This document shows, one piece after another, positions 1-10,485 of a DNA stretch of 64,000 bases. A program made the translations under genes and the position numbers. Origin of the DNA: Candidatus Bathyarchaeota archaeon (GTDB taxonomy: Archaea; Thermoproteota; Bathyarchaeia; Bathyarchaeales; Bathycorpusculaceae). The DNA lies in contig OY970340.1 of the NCBI GenBank assembly GCA_963717465.1, positions 832,001 through 896,000 on the forward strand. The letters are read 5' to 3'. Position 1 is the first letter of the stretch; the number at the start of each line of letters is the position of its first letter. A model generated the notes under the pieces. The model was not told where the DNA came from. It worked only from the letters and a program-made list of their open reading frames with translations, and did no database searches.

Positions 1-1
1 G

Positions 2-202
2 TGTCGTCTGGCTGGATGAGCTAATTTTTAATGATTTATACTCCAAGCTAGCAAGGTAAATTCCCAGTCCCATAAGCACCAAACCAACAATGAGCGCTGC
101 AATGCTGTACGGGCTTGATTCGCCTAGGAAAAGAATGGCAGTTAAAAAGGCAAAAAATATGCCTAAGCCTGAACCGAATAATATTACTCCCCCATATTTC
201 AT
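2..202 (-). CDS. Small membrane protein, runs off the window start
   Basis: Read by hand: MKYGGVILFGSGLGIFFAFLTAILFLGESSPYSIAALIVGLVLMGLGIYLASLEYK..., two hydrophobic helices, no stop before base 1. Confidence 0.5.
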   Translation of the reverse strand, partial: MKYGGVILFGSGLGIFFAFLTAILFLGESSPYSIAALIVGLVLMGLGIYLASLEYKSLKISSSSQTT

Positions 203-331
203 TGCCTGCCTGCCCTGTTCTCATGCTGATTTATCCAGTTGTGAGGCTTTCTTAAAGATTTTGGCTATTGCTCGCCTTTGAAAGCCGGTCTCTTAGGCGC
301 ACACTGACCCTTAAGCAAAATCGCTAATACT

Positions 332-688
332 TTATTCTGCCTCTTCTCTGACATATTTCTTACATCCCATTTTTTCAAGAAAATCCTTAAGACGCTTTAA
401 GCCGCTTTCATCTTCAATAATATCCCCAAGGCTAACATATTCTATTACTAAATCAAGCAGTTTCCTGACAGAGCCATAACCATTCTTTACACTCACAACT
501 TCCCCATTTTGAACGCCGAGCTCCTTCTGGTACTTATCCGCTAACGCCGCAAGCACCTCTTCGCTCCTTTTCAACATTAAAACCACGTCAGTCATGACTG
601 ATTCCACTTCTTTCAATTTCTTATCGTCTTGCTTGGACGCACTAATACTAATCAAGTGCTCCCCTTCAACGCACATTTTCCTACCCAA
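332..688 (-). CDS. Hypothetical protein
   Basis: 118-aa ORF with normal composition, no recognisable motif. Confidence 0.45.
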   Translation of the reverse strand: MGRKMCVEGEHLISISASKQDDKKLKEVESVMTDVVLMLKRSEEVLAALADKYQKELGVQNGEVVSVKNGYGSVRKLLDLVIEYVSLGDIIEDESGLKRLKDFLEKMGCKKYVREEAE

Positions 689-1291
689 AAATCATCGACA
701 CCCACCTAACCTGACCCAAACCAAACAAAAGCAACCTGGTACCAAACCTTCCAAACCCAACCACCAACACTCACACATCCTTCATCAGGCATAGCATCGC
801 CTTCTCAAAACCACCAAAACTCCCCTAAGCACTCGAAGACTACGAACGCCTCTTCCACCCCAAACGAAACTACGAATGACCCACTCTACTCCAAACAAAA
901 CAAACAAAACCAAAAACACCCTACAAAAAACCAAAACAAAAAACACTGACAAAAAACAACCAAAGCTTAAACCACAAAAGAACTAATTAGTGCTAATTAG
1001 CAACCGACAAACCATCCCAAAACACACCCTTAACCATGCAAAAAGTTCAAACCACACCACCAAAGACCATACAAAAAGTTCAAAACAAACAACCCCATCA
1101 AGACCAAAATAAGCACGCTTTTGCGAAAAACAAGCCCAAACCAACCGTCTTCAAACTAAAAAAATTTTCAAAATTGAACAAAAAAGTTCAAAAATCCCAC
1201 CTCCGCCACACCAAAAACAACCACCAACCACACAAGCACTATAGACTAAGATGACAAAATTATAATACGCTACCTACACAATAATAAGGAA

Positions 1292-1657
1292 GTGGCAAAC
1301 ATGTCAAAAATAGTCCCAGTCAAGAATCAAAATCTAGCAAAACAAAAAGAAAAAAACCTGCTAAGCAACGTCACCTACGAAAACGGCTTCCACTTCTACA
1401 CCGAAGTTGGAAAATACAGCGGAGTAACCGCAACCAGCCTAGCCGAGTTTGCCGATAAACTAAAAACAATACCCATCCAATCAGTAAACTTCCATTTTAA
1501 ACGACAAGACTTCCAAAAATGGCTCAAAACCACAATCGGCGACGAAGAACTAGCCAGACGCATCGACTCAATCAAAACAACCCTAACCGACGAGAACTTA
1601 AGAAAAGAACTCTTCAAAACAATCCAAAACCGAATCACCGAAATAACCAAACCATAA
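1292..1657 (+). CDS. DUF5752-like protein
   Basis: GFHFYTEVGKYSGVTATSLAEF...SVNFHFKRQDFQKW pattern typical of this family. Confidence 0.7.
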   Translation: MANMSKIVPVKNQNLAKQKEKNLLSNVTYENGFHFYTEVGKYSGVTATSLAEFADKLKTIPIQSVNFHFKRQDFQKWLKTTIGDEELARRIDSIKTTLTDENLRKELFKTIQNRITEITKP

Positions 1658-1843
1658 ACAAAAAACATCCCATTCAACTCCCAAAACCCCGTTATGCAAC
1701 AAACAAATTATAAACCTTAAAGCGACAGCACTAACAAAAAATAGCCTTTCCCAAACACTCACTCAACCCACAAAAACAACGACCGCATAACCAATTCTTA
1801 ATTAACAGCGACAATTAAGCCTAAGCGTAAAACAGGCGACTAC

Positions 1844-2434
1844 ATGTTTAACAGCATCCCCAAAGAAATCAAGGACAGAATGGCTTACCTGGAAAAACAG
1901 GATAAAAAAGACCGACAAAATGACACCCCCATGCTGCAAAGACTCAGGCAAGTGCCTCCTGAAACAGGAAAATTCATCGCTCTAATGCTCGCATACTCCC
2001 CCAAAGGAACCGCCCTAGAGATCGGCACAAGCGCTGGCTACTCAACACTCTGGCTCGCCTTAGCCTGCAGGACAAGAAAAAGACAAATCAACACGTTTGA
2101 AGTCTTAGATGAGAAAGCCAAGTTAGCTAAAGAAACCTTTAGGCTAGCAAACGTTGAAGATGTAGTTAAGCTTATTCAAGGAGATGCAAGAAAACTAATA
2201 AAAGAATACTCTGATGTAGCGTTTTGTTTTCTGGATTGCGAAAAAGAATACTACTTAGAATGCTACAACGCGCTAATTCCACGCATGATAAAAGGAGGCA
2301 TCCTAATAGCTGACAACGTCATCAGCCACAAGGAGGACTTGAAAGATTTTTTGGAAACGGTGGAAAAAGATCAACGTGTAGATTCAGTTATTATCCCTTT
2401 TAAAACTGGGGACTTAGTTTGTCGAAAAACTTAG
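1844..2434 (+). CDS. SAM-dependent O-methyltransferase (Methyltransf_3-like)
   Basis: LEIGTSAGYSTLWL motif I, FLDCEK, GGILIADN. Confidence 0.9.
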   Translation: MFNSIPKEIKDRMAYLEKQDKKDRQNDTPMLQRLRQVPPETGKFIALMLAYSPKGTALEIGTSAGYSTLWLALACRTRKRQINTFEVLDEKAKLAKETFRLANVEDVVKLIQGDARKLIKEYSDVAFCFLDCEKEYYLECYNALIPRMIKGGILIADNVISHKEDLKDFLETVEKDQRVDSVIIPFKTGDLVCRKT

Positions 2435-2789
2435 CTTTAATGAACTACTTACAGTGCAATAGGATATCCAATGGAAATCTGTCAAAATTCATGTATTACG
2501 CATTAGTATCCGGAATTCAGAAGGTTTAATTTCTTTGCAATTAACCTGCCTAAACTTGAGACAAACAATTAAAGTAGCGAAGGGTTCAACAAGGCGAGGT
2601 CATTGAGCAAGAATTATTGCAGAAGGGCATTCAACAAAATACCAGTTAATTATCTAGACCACACTCTCAAAAGCTTGGCAGAACACGTCAATCTAGGTTT
2701 TCACACAGATTCAACTTTTCGATTTTTCGAGACACTGAAGCATCACAACGAATATTAATGGAAAACTGGAAAAGTTGAGGTTAAAGTAA

Positions 2790-4411
2790 ATGATGAACAA
2801 AAACAATACTATTGCAGATTGCAACGAAATCGAGAGAGAATTGAAAGAAGCGGAAGAACGCTACCGTGCACTGTTTGAAGAAGCACCATTAGGCGTTGTA
2901 CTCATCGATCCTGAAACAATGGCCTTCATTGAATTCAACGACATAGCGCATCGTCAACTAGGATATTCAAGAGAAGACCTATCAAAACTAACGATTCTGC
3001 AACTTGTAGCCAAGGACCAAGGTGACGAAGTAAAGTCCCGTATGGCAAAAATAATGACGGATGGAGCTGCAGAGTTTGAATCCAAGCATTGCACAAAAAA
3101 CGGCGAAGTCAGAAATGTCTTAGTAACCGCAAGAACAGTCGATTTACCGGCAAAAAATCTATAATTGCCATTTTTCATGACATAACCGAAATCAGAAAAA
3201 TTCAGGATGCTCTCAAGAAAAGCGAAACAAAATATCGCCAACTAGTTGACCAAACGCAAGAAGGTGTTTGGATACTAGACAAAGAACATAAAACAACTTT
3301 TGTCAATAAGCGAATGGTCCAAATATTCGGTTACTCGGAAGAAGAAATGGTGACAAACAGTCCATACGAACTATTAAGCAAAGCCACTGCGATGCGAGCA
3401 CGATCATTCCTAAAGGAAACCGAGAACAGACTCAACGGAAATTTTGAATGTGAATTCGTACGAAAAGACGGCTCTACTGTGTACGCGATGGCTGCCGTGT
3501 CTGAAATCAAAGATGAGAAAGGCCAATTCTCAGGTTCTCTTGTCCTAATTGCTGACATAACTGAACGCAAAAAGATCGAAGACCAACTTGAAATGTACTC
3601 CAAAGGTCTCGAAGAACAAATCAAACAGAGAACCAAGCAATTAGCAGAAGCACAATCCCAACTAGTTAAATCTGAGAGATTCGCAGCGATAGGCGAACTT
3701 GCAGGAATGGTAGGTCACGACCTCAGAAATCCTTTGACAGCAATTAAGAATGCAGCATACTATTTGAGAAAGAAGAATAGCACTGCAATAAGTGATAAGA
3801 GCAATGAGATGCTAAACGTTATCGATAAATCAGTTGAATACTCCAACAAGATTGTCAACGACCTCCTCGAATTCAGTCGAGAAATAAAACTCCAACCAGA
3901 AGAATGTTCACCAAAGTCACTAATCACCTATGTTTTGCTCTCAACTAAATATGCAAGCAACATAGTAATTCTAAACCACACTGAGGACTCTCCAGCAATT
4001 TGGGTAGACGCAAACAAGATTGAACGCGTATTCCTAAACATCATCAAAAATGCTATCGATGCAATGCCAGGAGGCGGCACACTTGAAATACGTAGTCGCC
4101 AAAACGATGAGAATGTAGAGTTCACTTTTTTAGATACTGGCATCGGCATACCTTACGAGATCATCGGCAGGATATTCACACCTTTGTTCACGACTAAAGC
4201 TCAAGGAATGGGTTTCGGACTAGCAATTTGCAAACGAATCGTGGAAGCTCATCAAGGAAAAATTTCCGTTGAAAGCACACCTAACAAAGGAACAACCTTC
4301 ACTATATCCTTGCCAATAGAAAATCCAACAAGAATTGAAGCACCAGGGAACAGCAAACTAGAAGGAATCTCTATAATCGAAGACAACATAGAACGTTCAA
4401 CGCCAAATTGA
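2790..4411 (+). CDS. PAS-PAS sensor histidine kinase, split by one frameshift near 3153-3158
   Basis: Two PAS domains, H-box GHDLRNPL, N-box NIIKNAIDA, G boxes DTGIGI and GMGFGL; ORFs 2790-3164 and 3089-4411 join at an A6 run. Confidence 0.85.
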
Positions 4412-4585
4412 AAGAAGCCTCAAAAAAGATTGAAGAACAAACTCAAAAAGCAAAAGAACTTGCAGAAAAAATTTCCAAAGAAGCTAAAATCTAAGGGAGT
4501 TACTCTCAGGAACAAAAATTTCGGCGACAACAAACGCCTAATATTCTGAGGAAAGTGCTTGCTATTACTTCCTAATTTAATTTGT

Positions 4586-5023
4586 TTACGGATACCAATG
4601 GACAATGAGCAGGAATCCAAGAATAAGGAAAATAACAATCAATGCCAATCCAAGTATAACAAGCCAGTAAGAAGCTTTCAAAGACTCAGCAGTAATAGAC
4701 GTATCTGAGGTTTTAATCGTTGGTAAAACAAATATTAAGTGATAGTATCCGAGTAAAGTCAATATTGCACCGACCCAAAATCCGAAAACGCAAAATTTGA
4801 CTGTTGAAAAGTCGCTAAGAAATGCAATAAGTGCAGCAACAATCAGGAGCAAAGATAGAAGCATAAAACCAATAACATTCCTGTTTAGACTCTTGCCTGA
4901 AACGCTAAACTTGCTATCCTTTTTGTTTGTGTCGTTCTGTGTTTGGTTTTGGGTTCCATTTTTGTTTGTGTCGTTCTGTGTTTGGTTTTGGGTTCCATTT
5001 TTGTTTGTGTCGTTCTGAGTCAT
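4586..5023 (-). CDS. Membrane protein with N-terminal 13-aa repeats
   Basis: Likely start ATG at 5023; repeats of TQNDTNKNGTQNQ followed by three hydrophobic helices. Confidence 0.6.
   Translation of the reverse strand: MTQNDTNKNGTQNQTQNDTNKNGTQNQTQNDTNKKDSKFSVSGKSLNRNVIGFMLLSLLLIVAALIAFLSDFSTVKFCVFGFWVGAILTLLGYYHLIFVLPTIKTSDTSITAESLKASYWLVILGLALIVIFLILGFLLIVHWYP
4920..5017. repeat. 39-bp tandem repeat, about 2.5 copies
   Basis: Unit TTTTTGTTTGTGTCGTTCTGTGTTTGGTTTTGGGTTCCA, in frame within the ORF. Confidence 0.95.
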
Positions 5024-5152
5024 AGTTTCTAATATTATTAATTGCATATTAAACTGTTGGTTATAGCTGACCAACATTCTTACTAAAATGGTGCATATTA
5101 GGCGTATCAGCAAGCAGAATTTGTTGTTTATTTATGAAATTTGATGGAAAAG

Positions 5153-5255
5153 TGCCGAGGGCAGGGTTTGAACCTGCGACGACTCGGTCTTCAGCTTCGC
5201 CCTCAGTCACAAGAGTAACTGGGTCGAGCGCTCTCCCAGGCTGAGCTACCTCGGC
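5153..5255 (-). tRNA. tRNA-Phe(GAA) with 29-nt intron at position 30/31 (intron 5196-5224)
   Basis: Acceptor GCCGAGG/CCTCGGC; after splicing the anticodon arm is CTCGG-CTGAAGA-CCGAG; bulge-helix-bulge at the junctions. Confidence 0.93.
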
Positions 5256-5519
5256 AAGTTTTGGAATGATTTCGGATAGTGGAGAGGCTATTTAGTCAAT
5301 GTTTCTCACATTTATTTACGTTTTCGTAAGAACATTGATTATTTTTCTGGCAAACATATTCAAAGCAACATTGAGTAATGTTTTAACGTCTTGAGGGCAG
5401 CGTGACTTTTTTTCGGCTTCATCCATCTTCTGACATTCTAGCGTTTGAAAAAAGCTATTTAACACTTACACAGTATTAGCATTATTTAAGCTACTTGCGC
5501 ACAATATAGTAGCTATTAG

Positions 5520-6494
5520 GTGGGGTATTACCGTTTGGAGTCAATTACCCTAATTGAAGATTTAGCGAAAGAATTGTTTTTATCCACTGAATTGTTTCCA
5601 AAAGGAAAAAAATGCACTCTTGCCCTGAAATTGTTTCGTGAATATGCAATTAATGCATACTCAAAAAAGCCAGATCCACTCCCTACTTTATCAGCTATCA
5701 CAAACAAGAAGGAATTCAGTTATAGGGAGGTAATAGACTGCGTCCGAACATTTGTGGGAGCAGGCTTGGCTGCTTGGATAGAACTTCCGCTGATGAAAAA
5801 AAAGGAGATCAAAAACCAAAGAGGAAGACGATTCGACTTGCTTTTTCTTCCTCCAAGAGAAATGATTGATGTTCTAAAGATACGAAGTCATTCTTTCACA
5901 ATGGGCAAAGAAACTGACGATGCCTTAAACGAGTTGGAAGCTGACAACAAAGACGAATGGCTACTACCCTATGAGAGCGCCTATAACTTTCAAGGCATGA
6001 TTCCATTGCTTTCAGCTCCAAAATGGTTTGTATTCGCCCTTTCTAAATTCTTGATGAAAATAAGTTTATCTCAAGAAAAACTCTTAGAAGTCATCTTTGT
6101 AACCCAAAGGTCCACAGCAATAGAATTTCCACAACTGACGAGTTTCTTTAATGAAATCAGCAGCTCTAATTGCCAAATCAAGAATTACTTTGACAAAAAT
6201 GCCGTTGATCCACGTGCTTTCAAGGGTATGAAAGCGATTGGGAGAAACATTCAACTATTTTCAATCCCAAGTTCCGTAATCAGAGACGACCGTTACGTAC
6301 TAGTAGGAGAGTACTTCATAAGCTGCCACAAGAGACTTTCTCCATACAAGAGCTCAAAATTAAGTTACTACGAAGATTTTTACAATGTTGATGTAATAAA
6401 AAGAAGCCAAGCCGTACAAGACTTCAAAGAAAGAATAGCGGAATGGAACAAACTTGGACTATGCAAAGAAATTGAAATTTCAAACAATAATTAG
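5520..6494 (+). CDS. Hypothetical protein, possibly a TrmB-like regulator
   Basis: 324 aa; wHTH-like segment (LSAITNKKEFSYREVIDCVRTFVGAGL) followed by LPPREMIDVL linker; family call weak. Confidence 0.45.
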   Translation: MGYYRLESITLIEDLAKELFLSTELFPKGKKCTLALKLFREYAINAYSKKPDPLPTLSAITNKKEFSYREVIDCVRTFVGAGLAAWIELPLMKKKEIKNQRGRRFDLLFLPPREMIDVLKIRSHSFTMGKETDDALNELEADNKDEWLLPYESAYNFQGMIPLLSAPKWFVFALSKFLMKISLSQEKLLEVIFVTQRSTAIEFPQLTSFFNEISSSNCQIKNYFDKNAVDPRAFKGMKAIGRNIQLFSIPSSVIRDDRYVLVGEYFISCHKRLSPYKSSKLSYYEDFYNVDVIKRSQAVQDFKERIAEWNKLGLCKEIEISNNN

Positions 6495-6726
6495 AAATAT
6501 TATAGTAATCACCAAGCATGACTAAACATCATCCATTTTTCCATGCATATTATGTAAATTTTACAAAATAGTCGAAATTCGATAAAATATGCATAAAAGA
6601 AACTTCAAGCAAATAAGCACTTACTCGGAAAAGGAGAAGGCTAAAAACGTCTAAACCATCAAAAAAGGGGGGAATAAAAAGGGAAGCTCTAGCCACAATC
6701 GGCGGAGCGGTTAGAGAAATCATATA

Positions 6727-6762
6727 AAGCCAGTAGGTTTTATCAACGCAACCTACTGGCTT
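6727..6762. terminator. Perfect 13-bp hairpin in the leader of the URO-D-like operon
   Basis: AAGCCAGTAGGTT, 10-nt loop, AACCTACTGGCTT; function (terminator or RNA structure) not established. Confidence 0.5.
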
Positions 6763-6979
6763 AGTTGCTGAATGCTTGGTAAAGGCTGCAGACAAAAAAG
6801 AGTGAGTTGAAAAAATGATTGTATAATCCCCTCCTAAGAAACCCATTTTTTAATTGGAAATTATCAAAAAAACAGTATTTTTGTGCCAATTGATTATGAA
6901 AACACGCGAGAAGAAAAGTTGGAGAAACCCAAAAAGTTATCAGTTTATTCTCCGTTAACTTGTTACTAACTAAAGGAGG

Positions 6980-8188
6980 ATGAGGAAAATTTCATTTGAC
7001 ATGTTTGAGTTAGATCCTAAAACCAAGAGCCCTGATTGGTACTGGAAATTTGAAAAACCAACTTTTACAGATATAGACGAGCTGCTTTTCGAGCGTTTAG
7101 CTGACAGGCTTCGTGAAAACAACGAGAATAGAGCTGGAGGAGAAACTTTCGAAGCACTCGTCAATCCTGAAGAAGCCAAAAGAAACATGCTGACAACAAC
7201 AATTGAAAGGGACGTATTAACCCTCAGAGTGCTTGATTCATGGGCTGACATAATAAAAATACCTGACTTACACAAGTATCCAAAGCTAAATCTTATAGCT
7301 CAGTTAATGTGGGTTTCAAAATTTGATTTGGACGGCTTTAACCTTTACACGCCCTCTTATGGGGAGCCTGAAGTCGGCGGCACAGCCAACATGACAGCCC
7401 ACATGAGTCATGTCCCCAAAGAAAGAGCATTCGAATACATGGGTGGAATCGACAACGTTATTGTTCCAGACTTCAAGAATGTCGGTGCATACGCAAGGTA
7501 TCTTTGGGTTGTTAAAGAAATCAAGAATTTCCTGACTAAGAACGGCATTTCCTTAACAGTCGGCGCATCCTCTTGCCCTGACCCCGCTGGAGTTGGGATA
7601 GTAATTTTTGGTCCTGAAAGAATGAAAAGACTCGCTAAAGAAGACCCAGACCTCTTCCATAAAGCATTGAAAATCGGGTATCAATACTCGCTTAATTTCA
7701 CTAATGCCCTTTACGAAGCTGGAGCAGACTACGTTTGGCACTGCGCTCACCTCAACGATGTAGATTATGATTCTATAAAGCAATATGGATATGAAAAGTA
7801 CAGTGTAGACCTTTACAATGCGACAAAAATCTTTGCTGGACCAATCGGAACACTTACTCCGAGGCACGCGGAAATATTTGCAAGCTTCCCAACAACAGGA
7901 ATTTCACTGGAAGACAACGTGAATTTCGTTGAAGACATGAAGATACTCGTCAATCACGGTGTATACGCTACGTCGATTCTTGACACAAAAGTTGCTTCAA
8001 GCGGAACACCCGAGGAGATAAATAATGAAATTCGGTGGAAGTACAAGACAGCCCGAGAATTAGGACGCAACGAGTTCAACATGACTGCTGAATTTAAAGA
8101 ATTCATGGTTCCAATGGAAAGAGTCCAGTTGGTTCTTGAATCTTTACGTGAAGGAAGCAGAGCTTTCATCCAAAAAACTCTTCAATAA
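6980..8188 (+). CDS. Uroporphyrinogen decarboxylase / MtaA-CmuA methyltransferase superfamily protein
   Basis: GPERMKRLAKEDPDLFHKAL, ALYEAGADYV and SGTPEEINNEI patterns of URO-D-fold TIM barrels; RBS AGGAGG. Confidence 0.7.
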   Translation: MRKISFDMFELDPKTKSPDWYWKFEKPTFTDIDELLFERLADRLRENNENRAGGETFEALVNPEEAKRNMLTTTIERDVLTLRVLDSWADIIKIPDLHKYPKLNLIAQLMWVSKFDLDGFNLYTPSYGEPEVGGTANMTAHMSHVPKERAFEYMGGIDNVIVPDFKNVGAYARYLWVVKEIKNFLTKNGISLTVGASSCPDPAGVGIVIFGPERMKRLAKEDPDLFHKALKIGYQYSLNFTNALYEAGADYVWHCAHLNDVDYDSIKQYGYEKYSVDLYNATKIFAGPIGTLTPRHAEIFASFPTTGISLEDNVNFVEDMKILVNHGVYATSILDTKVASSGTPEEINNEIRWKYKTARELGRNEFNMTAEFKEFMVPMERVQLVLESLREGSRAFIQKTLQ

Positions 8189-8218
8189 CCTTTTTCATTC
8201 ATAGTATCGCGGTTATAA

Positions 8219-9390
8219 ATGGAAAGCAGGGATGCATCAACCGAAATTAAAGCGCGCTGTGGTAAGTGTACAACCTGTCTTCTAACAAAATGTAATCGTG
8301 TCTGCGCTAACTTCGGCCGATGCTACACCATTTGCCCATTTTTAAAATCCGTTAAACTCACACCAAAGGAAATAGCAAACAGTTTCAACCCTAAACAATC
8401 CAGTCGACATTCAAAGAATTTACAGTTGCATGCAATGCGGTTTATGTGAACAAGCATTATGCCCCCAAGGCCTAAGCCCTGAAGAAATGATTCTAAACTA
8501 TAGAGAAAAAGCAGTAGACCAAAACAAAGGTCCAATGCAGTATCATCGTTTCCAGTTCACAAACGAGAAAAACAACTTCTTCTCCATATACAAACAAGAA
8601 TATGGTGGCCTTGAACAGCCGACCCTTGAAGGAAAATACGACTATGTGTTCTTTCCAGGCTGCGCCTTATCCGCTTTTGCTCCTGGACTGGTTAAGGCAA
8701 CTCAGGATTTGCTTGTTGCAAAACTGGGAAATGTTGGGCTTTTGCTTGATTGCTGCTATCAACCCCTAAGAAACATTGGGCTGAAAGATGCGTTTAACAG
8801 CAGTCTGTCTCAACTAAAAGGTAAACTGAAAGAAATCGGCAATCCAAAACTCATTAGTCTCATGCCCCAACTGTTACCGTATCTTCGAAAAAAACTTGGA
8901 CAAAAACTTGGTATTATCCGTTTATGACGTGCTAAAAGATCAACCCTTAAAGTTCAAGCCGTCTGGAAACATTGCCATTCATGATTCATGCCCATTCAGG
9001 TACTACCCAAAAGAATTAGACATAATACGAAAAATATTTACCTCAAATGGCATAAATCCAATTGAATTCGACTACAACAGAGAGCATACCATGTGCTGTG
9101 GAGCAGGCGGCGGCGTTGCATACGCTAATTCGGAATTGTCTGCTAAAATGAGCGAGGATATTTTGGCCGAAGCAAAACAGAAAGGTGCCGATGTTCTTGT
9201 CGCTTATTGCTCCTCGTGCATTAACCAGTTTTCGGCAGCTTCAGAAAAATACGGCATTAAACTGTACCATATGCTTGACCTAATCACTGGAGCGCAAACT
9301 GATTATCAGAAAATTAGCCAAAACATTCAAGAATTATTCACTGAACCCAAATGGAGCTCAGTGCTTTCAAGACTTGGAATATCGCAGTAA
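8219..9390 (+). CDS. Fe-S oxidoreductase (4Fe-4S plus two CCG domains, HdrD/GlcF-like), two frameshifts
   Basis: Joined frames give YSCMQCGLCEQALCP, FFPGC, DCCYQP, SCPNC, HDSCP, CCGAGGG, YCSSC; shifts near 8390 and 8856. Confidence 0.8.
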
Positions 9391-9398
9391 AAACCGGT

Positions 9399-9589
9399 TT
9401 ATGCTTTGAGCGATTTGATTTCGATGGCATTGTTTGGGCAGTATCCTTTGCATACGTCGCAGGTTACACAGGCCTTTGCGTTTACCACTCTTGCTTTTCC
9501 ATTAGTGACTTAAAGCAGTTCATTACGCACATGTCAACGCAGATGCCGCATCCATTGCATTTCTCCAAGTTAACTACCGGATGAGGCAC
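9399..9589 (-). CDS. 2x[4Fe-4S] ferredoxin, not in the ORF track (one frameshift near 9511)
   Basis: MPHPVVNLEKCNGCGICVDMCVMNCF / VTNGKARVVNAKACVTCDVCKGYCPNNAIEIKSLKA. Confidence 0.8.
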
Positions 9590-10332
9590 CTAAGGTTTCC
9601 TTGTTCATTTGCTCGTCAAGGTTCCAGACTTTTCTTTTCTGGTCAACAATTAGCTTGTTTGGAAACGAACTTAGGCTCACCAAGTATTGATGGCAACATT
9701 TTCCATGGAATGCCGACAAGCAACTCGTTTTCCCCAAGATCGGTTGATCCTCTTGCGCCGTGACATCCGAAAGAAAAGTTGGGTTTCCCTGTCAAGTAAG
9801 GCGTCAAAGTAACATCGATGCACATGGCGTTGAATCCGCTCGTATTGAAGAAGGAACGTTCACCAGTGGAATAGGACATCGCACAAACAAACCACATAGC
9901 CTGCTCCGGATTAACAGTGAAAACAACAACATCAGGCGTAAACTCTGCCTCATCCAAAGGAGAAACCAACGTTGCCTTTATGCCGCCTTGCTTTTCAAGG
10001 CTGGGTCTCTCTTGAACCATACGTTTTGCTTCAGCAATCGTCTTGAACTTGCCAAAACCCATGTACAATTTACCATTTGCAAGTTTCTCAGGCATTTTAG
10101 TCATTCCAAGAAGAGCAGAACCGTCCGGGCAAGCATGCTTATCAGGAGTCATAAGCAATGTTTTCCCTTTTCGGCCAACATAACAGACTGGCAATGACGA
10201 AGCCTCCTGCTTAAGGATGGAATATTTTTCGGCAAAGGCTCACCATTTTTAATAAGCTTAACTGCCACAGGCTTCCACTTTAAACCCAAAATTTCGGAGA
10301 ATTTTTGAGACATTTCGACTATTACTTGGCAT
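9570..10332 (-). CDS. DUF169 family protein with multiple frameshifts
   Basis: PVAVKL, RHCQSV, HACPDG, NAMCID, SFGCHGAR and ELLVGIP motifs across three frameshifts. Confidence 0.75.
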
Positions 10333-10485
10333 TAATCAAATCAACCTTACATTACCTTTACCTTGAAATGTCTAAACTATAACATTTTCCTTTGAAAAAA
10401 ACAAACTGAAGAACAATATTCGTCCTTTACCAGAAAAAACGGCATGCTTATTTTCTCTGGGAATTTTTTAAAGGCAATAAAAGGT

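Noticed and set aside
6670..6762. Cobalamin riboswitch (AAAAGGGAAGC...AAGCCAG)
   Set aside because: Only fragments match; the GGTG-AA-TCC and GCCACTG core elements are not visible
8447..8449. TGA ending ORF 8219-8449 as Sec in an Fe-S protein
   Set aside because: The Cys motif CMQCGLC continues in a different frame, so this is a frameshift, not recoding
9643..9645. TGA after Cys at the end of the DUF169 ORF as possible Sec
   Set aside because: Read-through meets another TGA nine codons later; a frameshift gives a more sensible C-terminus ending at 9570
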